A stretch of 64,000 nucleotides of DNA. Source: Auanema rhodensis (Eukaryota > Animalia > Nematoda). The number at the start of each line of letters is the position of its first letter. The first letter of the stretch is position 1. A program made the translations under genes and the position numbers. This document shows, piece by piece, positions 1 through 10,688 of this stretch. The DNA is taken from contig OZ059897.1 in the NCBI GenBank assembly GCA_964057225.1, positions 6,262,001 through 6,326,000 on the forward strand. Reading direction: 5' to 3'. The notes beneath the pieces are model-generated. The model saw only the letters and a list, made by a program, of their open reading frames with translations. It had not been told where the DNA came from and did no database searches.

Positions 1-162
1 CCTTAACCACTCGGCCATCGCACTACGGTATTTGGCGCCAATGGTTATTTCAAGAACTCAGAAGTATATATCTCAATAACGAAAATCAGATTCGGCAGAT
101 AAAGTCCTTGTCGACCGTTTCTGTACAGAATCTTTTTCCAAAACTCAGAATTCCAAAACATT

Positions 163-245
163 TAGTGCGAGTGGGGTTCGAACCCACGCGGAAATACTTC
201 CATTGGAACTTAAGTCCAACGCCTTAACCACTCGGCCATCGCACT
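163..245 (-). tRNA. tRNA-Leu(TAA), consensus copy 1
   Basis: Minus strand reads AGTGCGA TG GCCGAGTGGTTAAGGC G TTGGA CTTAAGT TCCAA TGGAAGTATTTCCGC GTGGG TTCGAAC CCCAC TCGCACT A: full cloverleaf, long variable arm, TAA anticodon, A discriminator, A/B boxes, T4 run downstream. Confidence 0.96.
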
Positions 246-383
246 ACGGTATTTGGCGCCAATGGTTATTTGAAGTACTCAGAAGTATATATCTGGATAA
301 CGAAAATCAGATTCGGCAGATAAAGTCCTTGTCGACCGTTTCTGTACAGAATCTTTTTCCAAAACTCAGAATTCCAAAACATT

Positions 384-466
384 TAGTGCGAGTGGGGTTT
401 GAACCCACGCGGAAATACTTGCATTGGAACTTAAGTCCAACGCCTTAACCACTCGGCCATCGCACT
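384..466 (-). tRNA. tRNA-Leu(TAA) variant, copy 2
   Basis: T-loop TTCAAAC and one variable-arm mismatch. Confidence 0.8.
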
Positions 467-604
467 ACGGTATTTGGCGCCAATGGTTATTTCAAGAACT
501 CAGAAGTATATATCTGAATAACGAAAATCAGATTCGGCAGATAAAGTCCTTGTCGACCGTTTCTGTACAGAATCTTTTTCCAAAACCCAGAATTCGAAAA
601 GATT

Positions 605-687
605 TAGTCCGAGCGGGGTTTGAACCCACGCGGAAATACTTGCATTGGAACTTAAGTCCAACGCCTTAACCACTCGGCCAGCGCACT
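605..687 (-). tRNA. tRNA-Leu(TAA) degenerate, copy 3 (probable pseudogene)
   Basis: Two acceptor-stem mismatches plus T-arm and variable-arm changes. Confidence 0.65.
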
Positions 688-825
688 ACGGTATTTGGCG
701 CCAATGGTTTTATCAAGTACTCAGAAGTATATATCTGGAAAACGAAAATCAGATTTGGCAGATGAAGTCCTTGTCGACCGTTTCTGTACAGAATCTTTTT
801 CCAAAACCCAGAATTCGAAAAGATT

Positions 826-908
826 TAGTCCGAGCGGGGTTTGAACCCACGCGGAAATACTTGCATTGGAACTTAAGTCCAACGCCTTAACCACTCGGCC
901 ATCGCACT
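826..908 (-). tRNA. tRNA-Leu(TAA) variant, copy 4
   Basis: G4:G69 acceptor mismatch, T-stem wobble, T-loop and variable-arm changes. Confidence 0.7.
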
Positions 909-1046
909 ACGGTATTTGGCGCCAATGGTTATTTCAAGAACTCAGAAGTATATATCTGAATAACGAAAATCAGATTCGGCAGATAAAGTCCTTGTCGACC
1001 GTTTCTGTACAGAATCTTTTTCCAAAACTCAGAATTCGAAAACATT

Positions 1047-1129
1047 TAGTGCGAGCGGGGTTCGAACCCACGCGGAAATACTTCTATTGGAACTTAAGTC
1101 CAACGCCTTAACCACTCCGCCATCGCACT
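1047..1129 (-). tRNA. tRNA-Leu(TAA) variant, copy 5
   Basis: T-stem wobble, D-arm and variable-arm substitutions. Confidence 0.75.
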
Positions 1130-1267
1130 ACGGTATTTGGCGCCAATGGTTATTTCAAGAACTCAGAAGTATATATCTGGATAACGAAAATCAGATTCGG
1201 CAGATGAAGTCCTTGTCGACCATTTCTGTACAGAATCGTTTTCCAAAATTCAGAATTCGAAAAGATT

Positions 1268-1350
1268 TAGTCCGAGCGGGGTTCGAACCCACTCGGAAAT
1301 ACTTCCATTGGAACTTAAGTCCAACGCCTTAACCACTCGGCCATCGCACT
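1268..1350 (-). tRNA. tRNA-Leu(TAA) variant, copy 6
   Basis: G4:G69 acceptor mismatch, T-stem wobble, one change next to the T stem. Confidence 0.7.
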
Positions 1351-1488
1351 ACGGTATTTGGCGCCAATGGTTATTTCAAGAACTCAGAAGTATATATCTG
1401 AATAACGAAAATCAGATTCGGCAGATAAAGTCCTTGTCGACCGTTTCTGTACAGAATCTTTTTCCAAAACTCAGAATTAGAAAACATT

Positions 1489-1571
1489 TAGTGCGAGTGG
1501 GGTTCGAACCCACGCGGAAATACTTCCATTGGAACTTAAGTCCAACGCCTTAACCACTCGGCCATCGCACT
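1489..1571 (-). tRNA. tRNA-Leu(TAA), consensus copy 7
   Basis: Identical to copy 1. Confidence 0.95.
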
Positions 1572-1709
1572 ACGGTACTTGGCGCCAATGGTTTTATCAA
1601 GTACTCAGAACTATAGATCTGGATAACGAAAATCATATTGGGCAGATGAAATCCTTGTCGACCGTTTCTGTGCAGAATCTTTTTCCAAAACTCAGAATTA
1701 GAAAACATT

Positions 1710-1792
1710 TAGTGCGAGTGGGGTTCGAACCCACGCGGAAATACTTCCATTGGAACTTAAGTCCAACGCCTTAACCACTCGGCCATCGCACT
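1710..1792 (-). tRNA. tRNA-Leu(TAA), consensus copy 8
   Basis: Identical to copy 1. Confidence 0.95.
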
Positions 1793-1930
1793 ACGGTACT
1801 TGGCGACAATGGTTTTATCAAGTACTCAGAACTATAGATCTGGATAACAAAAATCATATTCGGCAGATGAAGTCCTTGTCGACCGTTTCTGTGCAGAATC
1901 TTTTTCCAAAACTCAGAATTCGAAAACATT

Positions 1931-2013
1931 TAGTGCGAGTGGGGTTCGAACCCACGCGGAAATACTTCCATTGGAACTTAAGTCCAACGCCTTAACCACT
2001 CGGCCATCGCACT
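1931..2013 (-). tRNA. tRNA-Leu(TAA), consensus copy 9
   Basis: Identical to copy 1. Confidence 0.95.
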
Positions 2014-2151
2014 ACGGTACTTGGCGCCAATGGTTTTATCAAGTACTCAGAACTATAGATCTGAATAACGAAAATCAGATTCGGCAGATGAAGTCCTTGT
2101 CGACCGTTTCTGTACAGAATCTTTTTCCAAAACTCAGAATTCGAAAACATT

Positions 2152-2234
2152 TAGTGCGAGTGGGGTTCGAACCCACGCGGAAATACTTGCATTGGAACTT
2201 AAGTCCAACGCCTTAACCACTCGGCCATCGCACT
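2152..2234 (-). tRNA. tRNA-Leu(TAA) variant, copy 10
   Basis: Single variable-arm mismatch. Confidence 0.85.
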
Positions 2235-2372
2235 ACGGTACTTGGAGACAATGGTTTTATCAAGTACTCAGAACTATAGATCTGGATAACAAAAATCATA
2301 TTCGGCAGATGAAGTCCTTGTCGACCGTTTCTGTGCAGAATCTTTTTCCAAAACTCAGAATTAGAAAACATT

Positions 2373-2455
2373 TAGTGCGAGTGGGGTTCGAACCCCTGCG
2401 GAAATACTTCCATTGGAACTTAAGTCCAACGCCTTAACCACTCGGCCATCGCACT
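2373..2455 (-). tRNA. tRNA-Leu(TAA) variant, copy 11
   Basis: T-stem 5' side AGGGG instead of GTGGG (two mismatches). Confidence 0.65.
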
Positions 2456-2593
2456 ACGGTACTTGGCGCCAATGGTTTTATCAAGTACTCAGAACTATAG
2501 ATCTGGATAACGAAAATCATATTGGGCAGATGAAATCCTTGTCGACCGTTTCTGTGCAGAATCTTTTTCCAAAACTCAGAATTAGAAAACATT

Positions 2594-2676
2594 TAGTGCG
2601 AGTGGGGTTCGAACCCACGCGGAAATACTTCCATTGGAACTTAAGTCCAACGCCTTAACCACTCGGCCATCGCACT
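2594..2676 (-). tRNA. tRNA-Leu(TAA), consensus copy 12
   Basis: Identical to copy 1. Confidence 0.95.
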
Positions 2677-2814
2677 ACGGTACTTGGCGCCAATGGTTTT
2701 ATCAAGTACTCAGAACTATAGATCTGGATAACGAAAATCATATTCGGCAGATAAAGTCCTTGTCGACCGTTTCTGTACAGAATCTTTTTCCAAAACCCAG
2801 AATTCGAAAACATT

Positions 2815-2897
2815 TAGTCCGAGCGGGGTTTGAACCCACGCGGAAATACTTCCATTGGAACTTAAGTCCAACGCCTTAACCACTCGGCCATCGCACT
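2815..2897 (-). tRNA. tRNA-Leu(TAA) variant, copy 13
   Basis: G4:G69 mismatch, T-arm changes. Confidence 0.7.
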
Positions 2898-3035
2898 ACG
2901 GTACTTGGAGACAATGGTTTTATCAAGTACTCAGAACTATAGATCTGGATAACAAAAATCATATTCGGCAGATGAAGTCCTTGTCGACCGTTTCTGTGCA
3001 GAATCTTTTTCCAAAACTCAGAATTAGAAAACATT

Positions 3036-3118
3036 TAGTGCGAGTGGGGTTCGAACCCACGCGGAAATACTTCCATTGGAACTTAAGTCCAACGCCTTAA
3101 CCACTCGGCCATCGCACT
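3036..3118 (-). tRNA. tRNA-Leu(TAA), consensus copy 14
   Basis: Identical to copy 1. Confidence 0.95.
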
Positions 3119-3256
3119 ACGGTACTTGGCGCCAATGGTTTTATCAAGTACTCAGAACTATAGATCTGGATAACGAAAATCATATTGGGCAGATGAAATC
3201 CTTGTCGACCGTTTCTGTGCAGAATCTTTTTCCAAAACTCAGAATTAGAAAACATT

Positions 3257-3339
3257 TAGTGCGAGTGGGGTTCGAACCCACGCGGAAATACTTCCATTGG
3301 AACTTAAGTCCAACGCCTTAACCACTCGGCCATCGCACT
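3257..3339 (-). tRNA. tRNA-Leu(TAA), consensus copy 15
   Basis: Identical to copy 1. Confidence 0.95.
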
Positions 3340-3477
3340 ACGGTACTTGGCGCCAATGGTTTTATCAAGTACTCAGAACTATAGATCTGGATAACGAAAA
3401 TCATATTCGGCAGATAAAGTCCTTGTCGACCGTTTCTGTACAGAATCTTTTTCCAAAACCCAGAATTCGAAAAGATT

Positions 3478-3560
3478 TAGTCCGAGCGGGGTTTGAACCC
3501 ACGCGGAAATACTTGCATTGGAACTTAAGTCCAACGCCTTAACCACTCGGCCAGCGCACT
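3478..3560 (-). tRNA. tRNA-Leu(TAA) degenerate, copy 16 (same haplotype as copy 3)
   Basis: Two acceptor-stem mismatches plus T-arm and variable-arm changes. Confidence 0.65.
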
Positions 3561-3698
3561 ACGGTATTTGGCGCCAATGGTTTTATCAAGTACTCAGAAG
3601 TATATATCTGGATAACGAAAATCAGATTCGGCAGATGAAGTCCTTGTCGACCGTTTCTGTACAGAATCTTTTTCCAAAACCCAGAATTCGAAAAGATT

Positions 3699-3781
3699 TA
3701 GTCCGAGCGGGGTTTGAACCCACGCGGAAATACTTGCATTGGAACTTAAGTCCAACGCCTTAACCACTCGGCCATCGCACT
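3699..3781 (-). tRNA. tRNA-Leu(TAA) variant, copy 17 (same haplotype as copy 4)
   Basis: G4:G69 mismatch, T-arm and variable-arm changes. Confidence 0.7.
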
Positions 3782-3919
3782 ACGGTATTTGGCGCCAATG
3801 GTTATTTCAAGAACTCAGAAGTATATATCTGAATAACGAAAATCAGATTCGGCAGATAAAGTCCTTGTCGACCGTTTCTGTACAGAATCTTTTTCCAAAA
3901 CTCAGAATTCGAAAAAATT

Positions 3920-4002
3920 TAGTGCGAGCGGGGTTCGAACCCACGCGGAAATACTTCCATTGGAACTTAAGTCCAACGCCTTAACCACTCCGCCATCGCA
4001 CA
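3920..4002 (-). tRNA. tRNA-Leu(TAA) variant, copy 18
   Basis: A1T mismatch, D-arm change, T-stem wobble. Confidence 0.65.
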
Positions 4003-4140
4003 ACGGTATTTGGCGCCAATGGTTATTTCAAGAACTCAGAAGTATATATCTGAATAACGAAAATCAGATTCGGCAGATGAAGTCCTTGTCGACCATTTCT
4101 GTACAGAATCGTTTTCCAAAATTCAGAATTCGAAAAGATT

Positions 4141-4223
4141 TATTCCGAGCGGGGTTCGAACCCACTCGGAAATACTTCCATTGGAACTTAAGTCCAACGC
4201 CTTAACCACTCGGCCATCGCACT
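4141..4223 (-). tRNA. tRNA-Leu(TAA) degenerate, copy 19 (probable pseudogene)
   Basis: 3' acceptor strand TCGGAAT (two mismatches). Confidence 0.6.
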
Positions 4224-4361
4224 ACGGTATTTGGCGCCAATGGTTATTTCAAGAACTCAGAAGTATATATCTGAATAACGAAAATCAGATTCGGCAGATA
4301 AAGTCCTTGTCGACCGTTTCTGTACAGAATCTTTTTCCAAAACTCAGAATTCGAAAACATT

Positions 4362-4444
4362 TAGTGCGAGTTGGGTTCGAACCCACGCGGAAATACTTCC
4401 ATTGGAACTTAAGTCCAACGCCTTAACCACTCGGCCATCGCACT
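4362..4444 (-). tRNA. tRNA-Leu(TAA) variant, copy 20
   Basis: One T-stem mismatch (CCAAC). Confidence 0.75.
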
Positions 4445-4582
4445 ACGGTATTTGGCGCCAATGGTTATTTCAAGAACTCAGAAGTATATATCTGAATAAC
4501 GAAAATCAGATTCGGCAGATAAAGTCCTCGTCGACCGTTTTTGTACAGAATCGTTTTCCAAAACTCAGAATTCGAAAACATT

Positions 4583-4665
4583 TAGTCCGAGCGGGGTTTG
4601 AACCCACGCGGAAATACTTGCATTGGAACTTAAGTCCAACACCTTAACCACTCGGCTATCGCACT
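4583..4665 (-). tRNA. tRNA-Leu(TAA) degenerate, copy 21
   Basis: Acceptor mismatch plus D-, T- and variable-arm changes. Confidence 0.6.
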
Positions 4666-4803
4666 ACGGTGTTTGGCGCCAATGGTTATTTCAAGAACTC
4701 AGAAGTATATATCTGAATAACGAAAATCATATTCGGCAGATGAAGTCCTAGTCGACCGTTTTTGTACAGAATCGTTCTCCAAAACTCAGAATTCGAAAAC
4801 ATT

Positions 4804-4886
4804 TAGTCCGAGTGGGGTTCGAACCCACGCGGAAATACTTCCATTGGAACTTAAGTCCAACGCCTTAACCACTCGGCCATCGCACT
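4804..4886 (-). tRNA. tRNA-Leu(TAA) variant, copy 22
   Basis: G4:G69 mismatch only. Confidence 0.75.
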
Positions 4887-5024
4887 ACGGTATTTGGCGC
4901 CAATGGTTATTTGAAGTACTCAGAAGTATATATCTGGATAACGAAAATCAGATTCGGCAGATGAAGTCCTAGTCGACCGTTTGTGTACAGAATCTTTTTC
5001 CAAAACTCAGAATTCGAAAACATT

Positions 5025-5107
5025 TAGTCCGAGTGGGGTTCGAACCCACGCGGAAATAATACCATTGGAACTTAAATCCAACACCTTAACCACTCGGCCA
5101 TCACACT
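5025..5107 (-). pseudogene. Terminal degenerate tRNA-Leu(TAA), copy 23
   Basis: Acceptor, D-stem, anticodon-loop and variable-arm changes; unique upstream flank. Confidence 0.65.
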
Positions 5108-5648
5108 AGTCTATATCTTTTTGTCTGGCCTATAAATTTGTTTTATTCATTTACTGATTTTTAACGTTTTCGGGTTTAGAAATCGCTGTTGTTAAGATTG
5201 TATGATCGCTTAAAGAAAACTTTTCGATTCATAATAATTTTCTGTTTTTCGCCTTTAGAAAAATTTTTTTTTCATAAATAAAAAGTTTTCAAACATTGTA
5301 TGCTTTTAATCTCATATAAACTATTGTTTATTCACTGAGGAACAACATAAATCTCTCTTTCTTCCGAATATCTGACCTTCCTGGTATGTGTATCTATACG
5401 TGTCCGATGAACGTCAGCGAAAGTGTCATTACATTGACGGTATCATGATCGACCTAGATTCGGATACCCTTGATAAGGAAACCTCTGACCCGACTGGCGA
5501 TCAGTTATAAGGGTTCGACCCAAGGGTTGGACGTGTCTTCTCCCAGATTTTCAGTTGGGACAAAAACATAACTGTCGTTCTCATCTATTTTTTCTCACTT
5601 CTTGTTGAATTTTTCTTCATAGCTTTATGTAACGTTTTCTTTTTCAGA

Positions 5649-6220
5649 ATGCTTCGTCAACTTGCCGTAGTGGCTGTTGTGGCTGTTGTTATGGTGTCTT
5701 GTAAGAAGACACCTAATGAGAAGCTCAAGCAGTGCTGTGCTACTTTGAAGGATGCCGATAAGGAGTGCGTCAGCCAATTCTGTGACTTCAATGCCATTTC
5801 TCAAACTAACGTAAGAATGACAATATCTATGAAATTTTCGTATGTGGTGAATTCTAGATTCTTAACTATCTCTCTACCTGCTCCGAAAAGCCAAACACTG
5901 TTGGACCAATGTGGGATTGCGCTTCCCTCCGTCATGACCACACTGAATGCTGCAACGTGAGTATCTGAATTTCTATTTCAACAGAAAACTAACTGTTTTC
6001 TCTAATCTATTTGCACTCTCACGGCTCAAACAGCATTGTAAACCTTGTTTTTTTACAGAAGAAGAAGGTCAATCCAGACTGTTTACCATATTGCGCTGCT
6101 CAAGACGGAGTTCCAACCAACTACCTTGACTACTTGTTCTGCGTTGATGACTTCAACAGCATTCGTGATTGCTTCCATGAGCATTTGGAGAAGCACGAAG
6201 CTTTCAACAAGAGAGGATAA
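5649..6220 (+). CDS. Secreted Cys-rich DB-module protein (140 aa)
   Basis: Exons 5649-5810, 5858-5956, 6059-6220; signal peptide; PNEKLKQCC...[19 protein letters not shown]...[15 protein letters not shown]...CLPYC pattern typical of nematode DB domains; TTTTCAG (candidate trans-splice site) 1 nt before ATG; AATAAA at 6291. Confidence 0.9.
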
Positions 6221-6694
6221 GAATCTATCACAGAATTGTCCCACTTTGCACCTTTTGCACTTTATTGACGCACTATCTTTGTATAGTATTAATAAACTTT
6301 GTACATTTTCCAGTTTCAATCAGTTTTTCCTTCGTCCAACATGAAAAATTAAGAAAATGGGTCATGCAATAGATTTATAAACACTCATATTCTTCTTCTA
6401 TTATCTTTTTTGAAATTATCTTAAAAGTGTTCATTCATCTAGGAACACCACAAATCATCCTAAGAACGAGTTCATATTTTTGGTTATCAGTTGTAGACTT
6501 AGATTCTCAAAGGTATCACCTAGATCTGAATAGATACAACATACAAAGGTTTATTACAAATGTTTTTATTGATGAAAAACTTAGAAACTTCGATTAAAAC
6601 ATCTGTTATTTTACAAAAAAGTTCCTTGAAGAAGTGCTAAATGAAAACAAAAGACGATTTGAATCAAATGGGTTTCTATATACATGTCTCATAC

Positions 6695-6696
<2 letters not shown>

Positions 6697-6734
<38 letters not shown>
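6697..6734. repeat. (CT)n microsatellite
   Basis: Pure CT run. Confidence 0.95.
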
Positions 6735-6739
<5 letters not shown>

Positions 6740-7133
6740 ATTGTTTCGATGTATTTGAATCAAAACAAGAAAGTTCTCGAAGTTATTTCCAAAAATGAAA
6801 TGATTTCATCTTTATATTTGATATCAACATATCTATATCTAGTCACATATTGAAGAAAATGATTTGAAGACAAGATTTTTGAAGACCAAAAAGCCTGCTC
6901 TCTGGTACATTTACACTCTCTTTCTCTTTTCTATAGTTTTATCTTCTTCTATAATTCACCAAAGTATTTGCACATTTCCATATTCGTGGTCAGAAGCTTC
7001 CATTGAACTTTGTTTGCGGATGTATTTAGACTAACGCTCATCTAAGCCTCAGCACAATCATGTATATAAGTCTCAGAGGCTCTTCTAATTTCTCACCCCA
7101 TTCTTCTGACCATCAACAGCCCAAAATTCAAAA

Positions 7134-8067
7134 ATGAAGTGAGTTTTTCTTTTGTTTTTTCCATTTAATAATAAACTTGAATTATCATTTTGAGAATCAC
7201 AGCAATAATGCTCTGAGAGCATATACATGCTGCAGCATATTTCGAAAACAAAACTTATTTTTTCTGTTCAGTTTGCTAAGAAAAAAAAACAATTTTGTCT
7301 TTTTTTCAGATCCGTAGCTTTATTATCAATGTTGGCTGTTTCAGTGAGTGCTTCCTACTCATTTACACCACCTAATATGGGTGGAACAATCGGATGTGTC
7401 GTAACTGTATGTTATTCTATACCTTATCACTCTCTGACGACAATGTCATATCATTCATTCATTTAGGGCAAAAAACTTTTTTCTAATGGAAACTATATTC
7501 GGGATTTACATCCTGCTGAGATGACAGCTTTAGAGACGTACAAGAAAGAAATGATTTCATTCAAATCCGTAATATCTTGTTATCAAAATCATTAAAAATT
7601 ATCTTCTCTCGCAGAAAATTGATGAAGCATTCGAAAATGCAGAAAAAGTCGAAGCAACCAATTCTACTATCCCACCAATGCCCATCAAGCCAGCAATGCC
7701 AACCTTCTGTACTGGCCCAGATACAACCATGTACATCTTCGGAGGATGTACTATTCAAGTAAATATCTTTCCATTTGATCGAAAAAAGAAAAAAAAAGTA
7801 TATCGATGCTGTTGTAGAATAACAAAGTCTATGTTGGAAAAGTGTATGCTAGAGATTTGGATACTGAAGAACAAAAGAAATTGATTGATTTTACTAAGAA
7901 AGTAGCGTTGAAAACTCAGGTAAACAATAAATTTCGAGAGATTCGAACATTTTTTCTTCAGAAAATAAATAAACAAACATAATACAAATAATAAGAACAT
8001 GTTTCAGAAGGGCGAATCACCAACATCTGATCTCTACAAGGGTCTAGAGTTCTGTACTGAATTTTAA
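7134..8067 (+). CDS. Secreted aspartic-protease inhibitor-like protein with two Pepsin-I3 repeats
   Basis: Six exons (7134-7138, 7310-7406, 7467-7568, 7615-7758, 7818-7919, 8008-8067); MKSVALLSMLAVSVSA signal; repeats GCVVTGKKLFSNGNYIRDL and GCTIQNNKVYVGKVYARDL; PxMPTFC linker. Confidence 0.88.
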
Positions 8068-8970
8068 ATCCAAAAACAAAATTATTTATTTATTTGTATT
8101 TATATATTTGGAAAAAAAAATAAAAATACCTTCATTAATATCTTTTTTCTTCTAAATAAAATTCTAACATAGAATGAAATTTGAAAAATCGTGTAAACCG
8201 AAAAAGAAAATATGTCAATCTATGTATGTACATACATGTAGTTTGAACTGCAAATAAGTTTCAACTTCCTTTTCTTTGAATTATTTTTAAAGAAAAATAA
8301 AAATTTTATAAAACTTTAAAACAAAAGAAAAAACTAAAAATTCGTTCACGTATCTATGTGTTATCATATCAAATTGGAACAATTTTCATCGTCAATCTAC
8401 TGTTTCCAATTTTTTTCGTCGTCATCCATCAGATTACTCATGAGATTGTATTTGCAATTTTCTAATAAAACCTTGTGATTCAGATAGTTACAACATCTCA
8501 TCTCATATATCAAAGTGAGTCCTTAAAAGGTCTTCTGATATCAGAACTATATAAAGAGGTCAAAACCGAAAAGTTACAATGAAAATAATGAGAACAAACA
8601 CAAGTACAATCCAAATACATGATACTAATATCTTTTAAAAATTTATATATCTTATCATATATCTATCTATATTCTATTTAGATATACATATATGCATATA
8701 ATTAGATGTTTTTTCATTTATTTTTAATTTAAAAAAAGTTTAAAGGTCTAAGTTTTTATTATAAATATTTAGATAAAAAATGAAATATGATCAATATCAT
8801 ACAATATTATGAATATATTACAATTTTTTTTCTTTTTAAACATAAAATATTTAATTATTTCTTTTTTAAAAGAATTTTTATAATGTACATAATATATTTT
8901 CTAACTTTCTACATAGATAAATATATATATATATATAATTAGATAAGTAGATAGATAGTTAATCCAAATA

Positions 8971-10688
8971 TTAGAAGTTAGGAAGTGTCGGTAACTGACA
9001 TTTATTTGCTGTTATAATATCAGTCATATCAACAATTCGTCCTTGATATCGAAACTAAAAGATTAAAAATATTATTTTTTTAAATTAATTTTAAAAATTA
9101 ATTATATACTATATTATATAGTTAATTAGATTACCTCTATGAAAATACTATCAGGACTATTATCACAGTTTAGTCTTGTTCCAATAGGTTCTCCTTGAAT
9201 AATACGTTTTCGACCAAAACCAAGATCAGTACGAGTACGAACATTATAGATATGTACATCAAAACCTGGAAATATTTTATTAAAATTTTGATAATCAGTT
9301 TCTTATCAGCTAAAGTAATAATTCTAAATCAAATAAGTTTGCATATGATAAGTATTGTCATGAAGCTTTAGATTTTTTAGATTTTGAGGCTTTAAAGCGT
9401 TTTCGAAAAATTTTAAATTTCAACTTTAAGCTGAAACTTAAGTTTTCATTTTTCCTTTTTAAATTTAAAAATCTGGACGCTTTCAAATAGGAGGTTGAAG
9501 GCTAAAATGAGAGAAAAAACTGCTGTTTGTCATGAAAATAAGATTTTCACTCATACCTATCCAATCTTCTGTACCAACAATGAACATAGCATCATTATCA
9601 CATCCAGTATAACCTTCATTTGAATAACGAAGACGAGTTCTTAATCAAGTTTTTTAAAGTTGATACTTGAATTAACAGCTTATAATACCTTCCCATTATT
9701 TCTCCTGTTATTGGTGAAAAGATTAATGGAGATCTAACACCTTCATATTGATCTTGAATTAGCGTACATTCTAAATCCCATCCATGTACTCCATTATATC
9801 GTCTAGAAATTATATCTTATGTAATAATAGTTATGTTTAAAAGCAGAAATAACTTACTTATCTGACCGGAATGGTTCGCCTAATAAACGATTCTTTGAAT
9901 TTGACTCACATATTTGTCCAGTACACATGCCTAAGAATACATGTATATCCGTCGAAAACTTATTATTCAACAAACGATACTTACAATTCTGAAGATGATA
10001 AGTTGGATCTACTAGTTTGCCTTCGCGATAAAGCTTCATCTGAACATGGAATTCAGTACCTCTTTGCTCTTCTTCAATAAAACACGATCTAAATATACAA
10101 TGAATGATAATGGTTTTATTCAAATAGAAAATGATTTACCTATCTTTAACTGTTCCTAATTCTTGACCAGCTTCTACTGGTCCTCCAAAGAAATTAAGTT
10201 TAATCGAAGAAATATATACAGCATATCCTATAACATACAATCTTTTTCCAGCATCTTAATCTGATTTCAAACCTTGCCATTGGCCAGTTCCTTCAATACG
10301 AACTCCTTCATCAGCACATTTCTTATCCGTCACTCCACCAAATGGCCTCCAATAGTACATTTCTCCAGCAAACGGAGCATGTACTGTTGTTCCAGCTGGA
10401 CAACGAATATCCACACCATCAACTATTTCGCCATCAGCTCTATATAAGAATAAAATTAAATCCAATATGGCAATCTGACTTCAACTAACCTCATGCTGTG
10501 AAAAGTTCCGCATGTGCCATCTACATCGGGACATGCACGAAGATCATTCTTTCGATTTCCTTTACATACTTGTACCATACATCCTAACGATGCAACTGAA
10601 AACTGACATGAGAATGGAAAAAATATATTTCAAGAAACATACCTCTACCTATACATATAGTTAATAATATTAGCAGAAGCTTATACAT
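8971..10688 (-). CDS. lect-2: LECT2/chondromodulin-II orthologue with two M23-like repeats
   Basis: Spliced product MYKLLLILL...CMVQVCKGNRKNDLRACPDVDGTCG...GEIVDGVDIRC...CADEGVRIEGTGQWQG...DPTYHLQNCMCTGQICESN...YTGCDND...CQLPTLPNF*, closely matching C. elegans LECT-2 as I recall it. Confidence 0.93.

Larger units (their letters stand above)
1..5107 (-). repeat. Tandem array of 221-bp units (83-nt tRNA-Leu(TAA) gene + 138-bp spacer); 23 full copies plus a partial copy at 1-24; the array runs off the left edge of the window
   Basis: Exact 221-bp period with no indels (tRNA at 163+221k..245+221k, k=0-22); units differ only by substitutions. Confidence 0.98.

Noticed and set aside
203-4647. Twenty near-identical 81-aa ORFs
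   Set aside because: They start at TTG, overlap each other and are the antisense reading of the tRNA repeat
1-5107. CRISPR-like repeat-spacer array
   Set aside because: The spacers are copies of one another, the repeat is a tRNA, there are no cas genes and the DNA is eukaryotic
5494-5530. B-box-like GGTTCGACCC with a loose A-box upstream
   Set aside because: Spacing is too short and there is no cloverleaf; more likely the promoter of the DB-module gene
8971-10688. Missing zinc-ligand histidines in LECT-2 (VDGVD, FHVQM) as a novelty
   Set aside because: As I recall, C. elegans LECT-2 has the same substitutions, so this is not new
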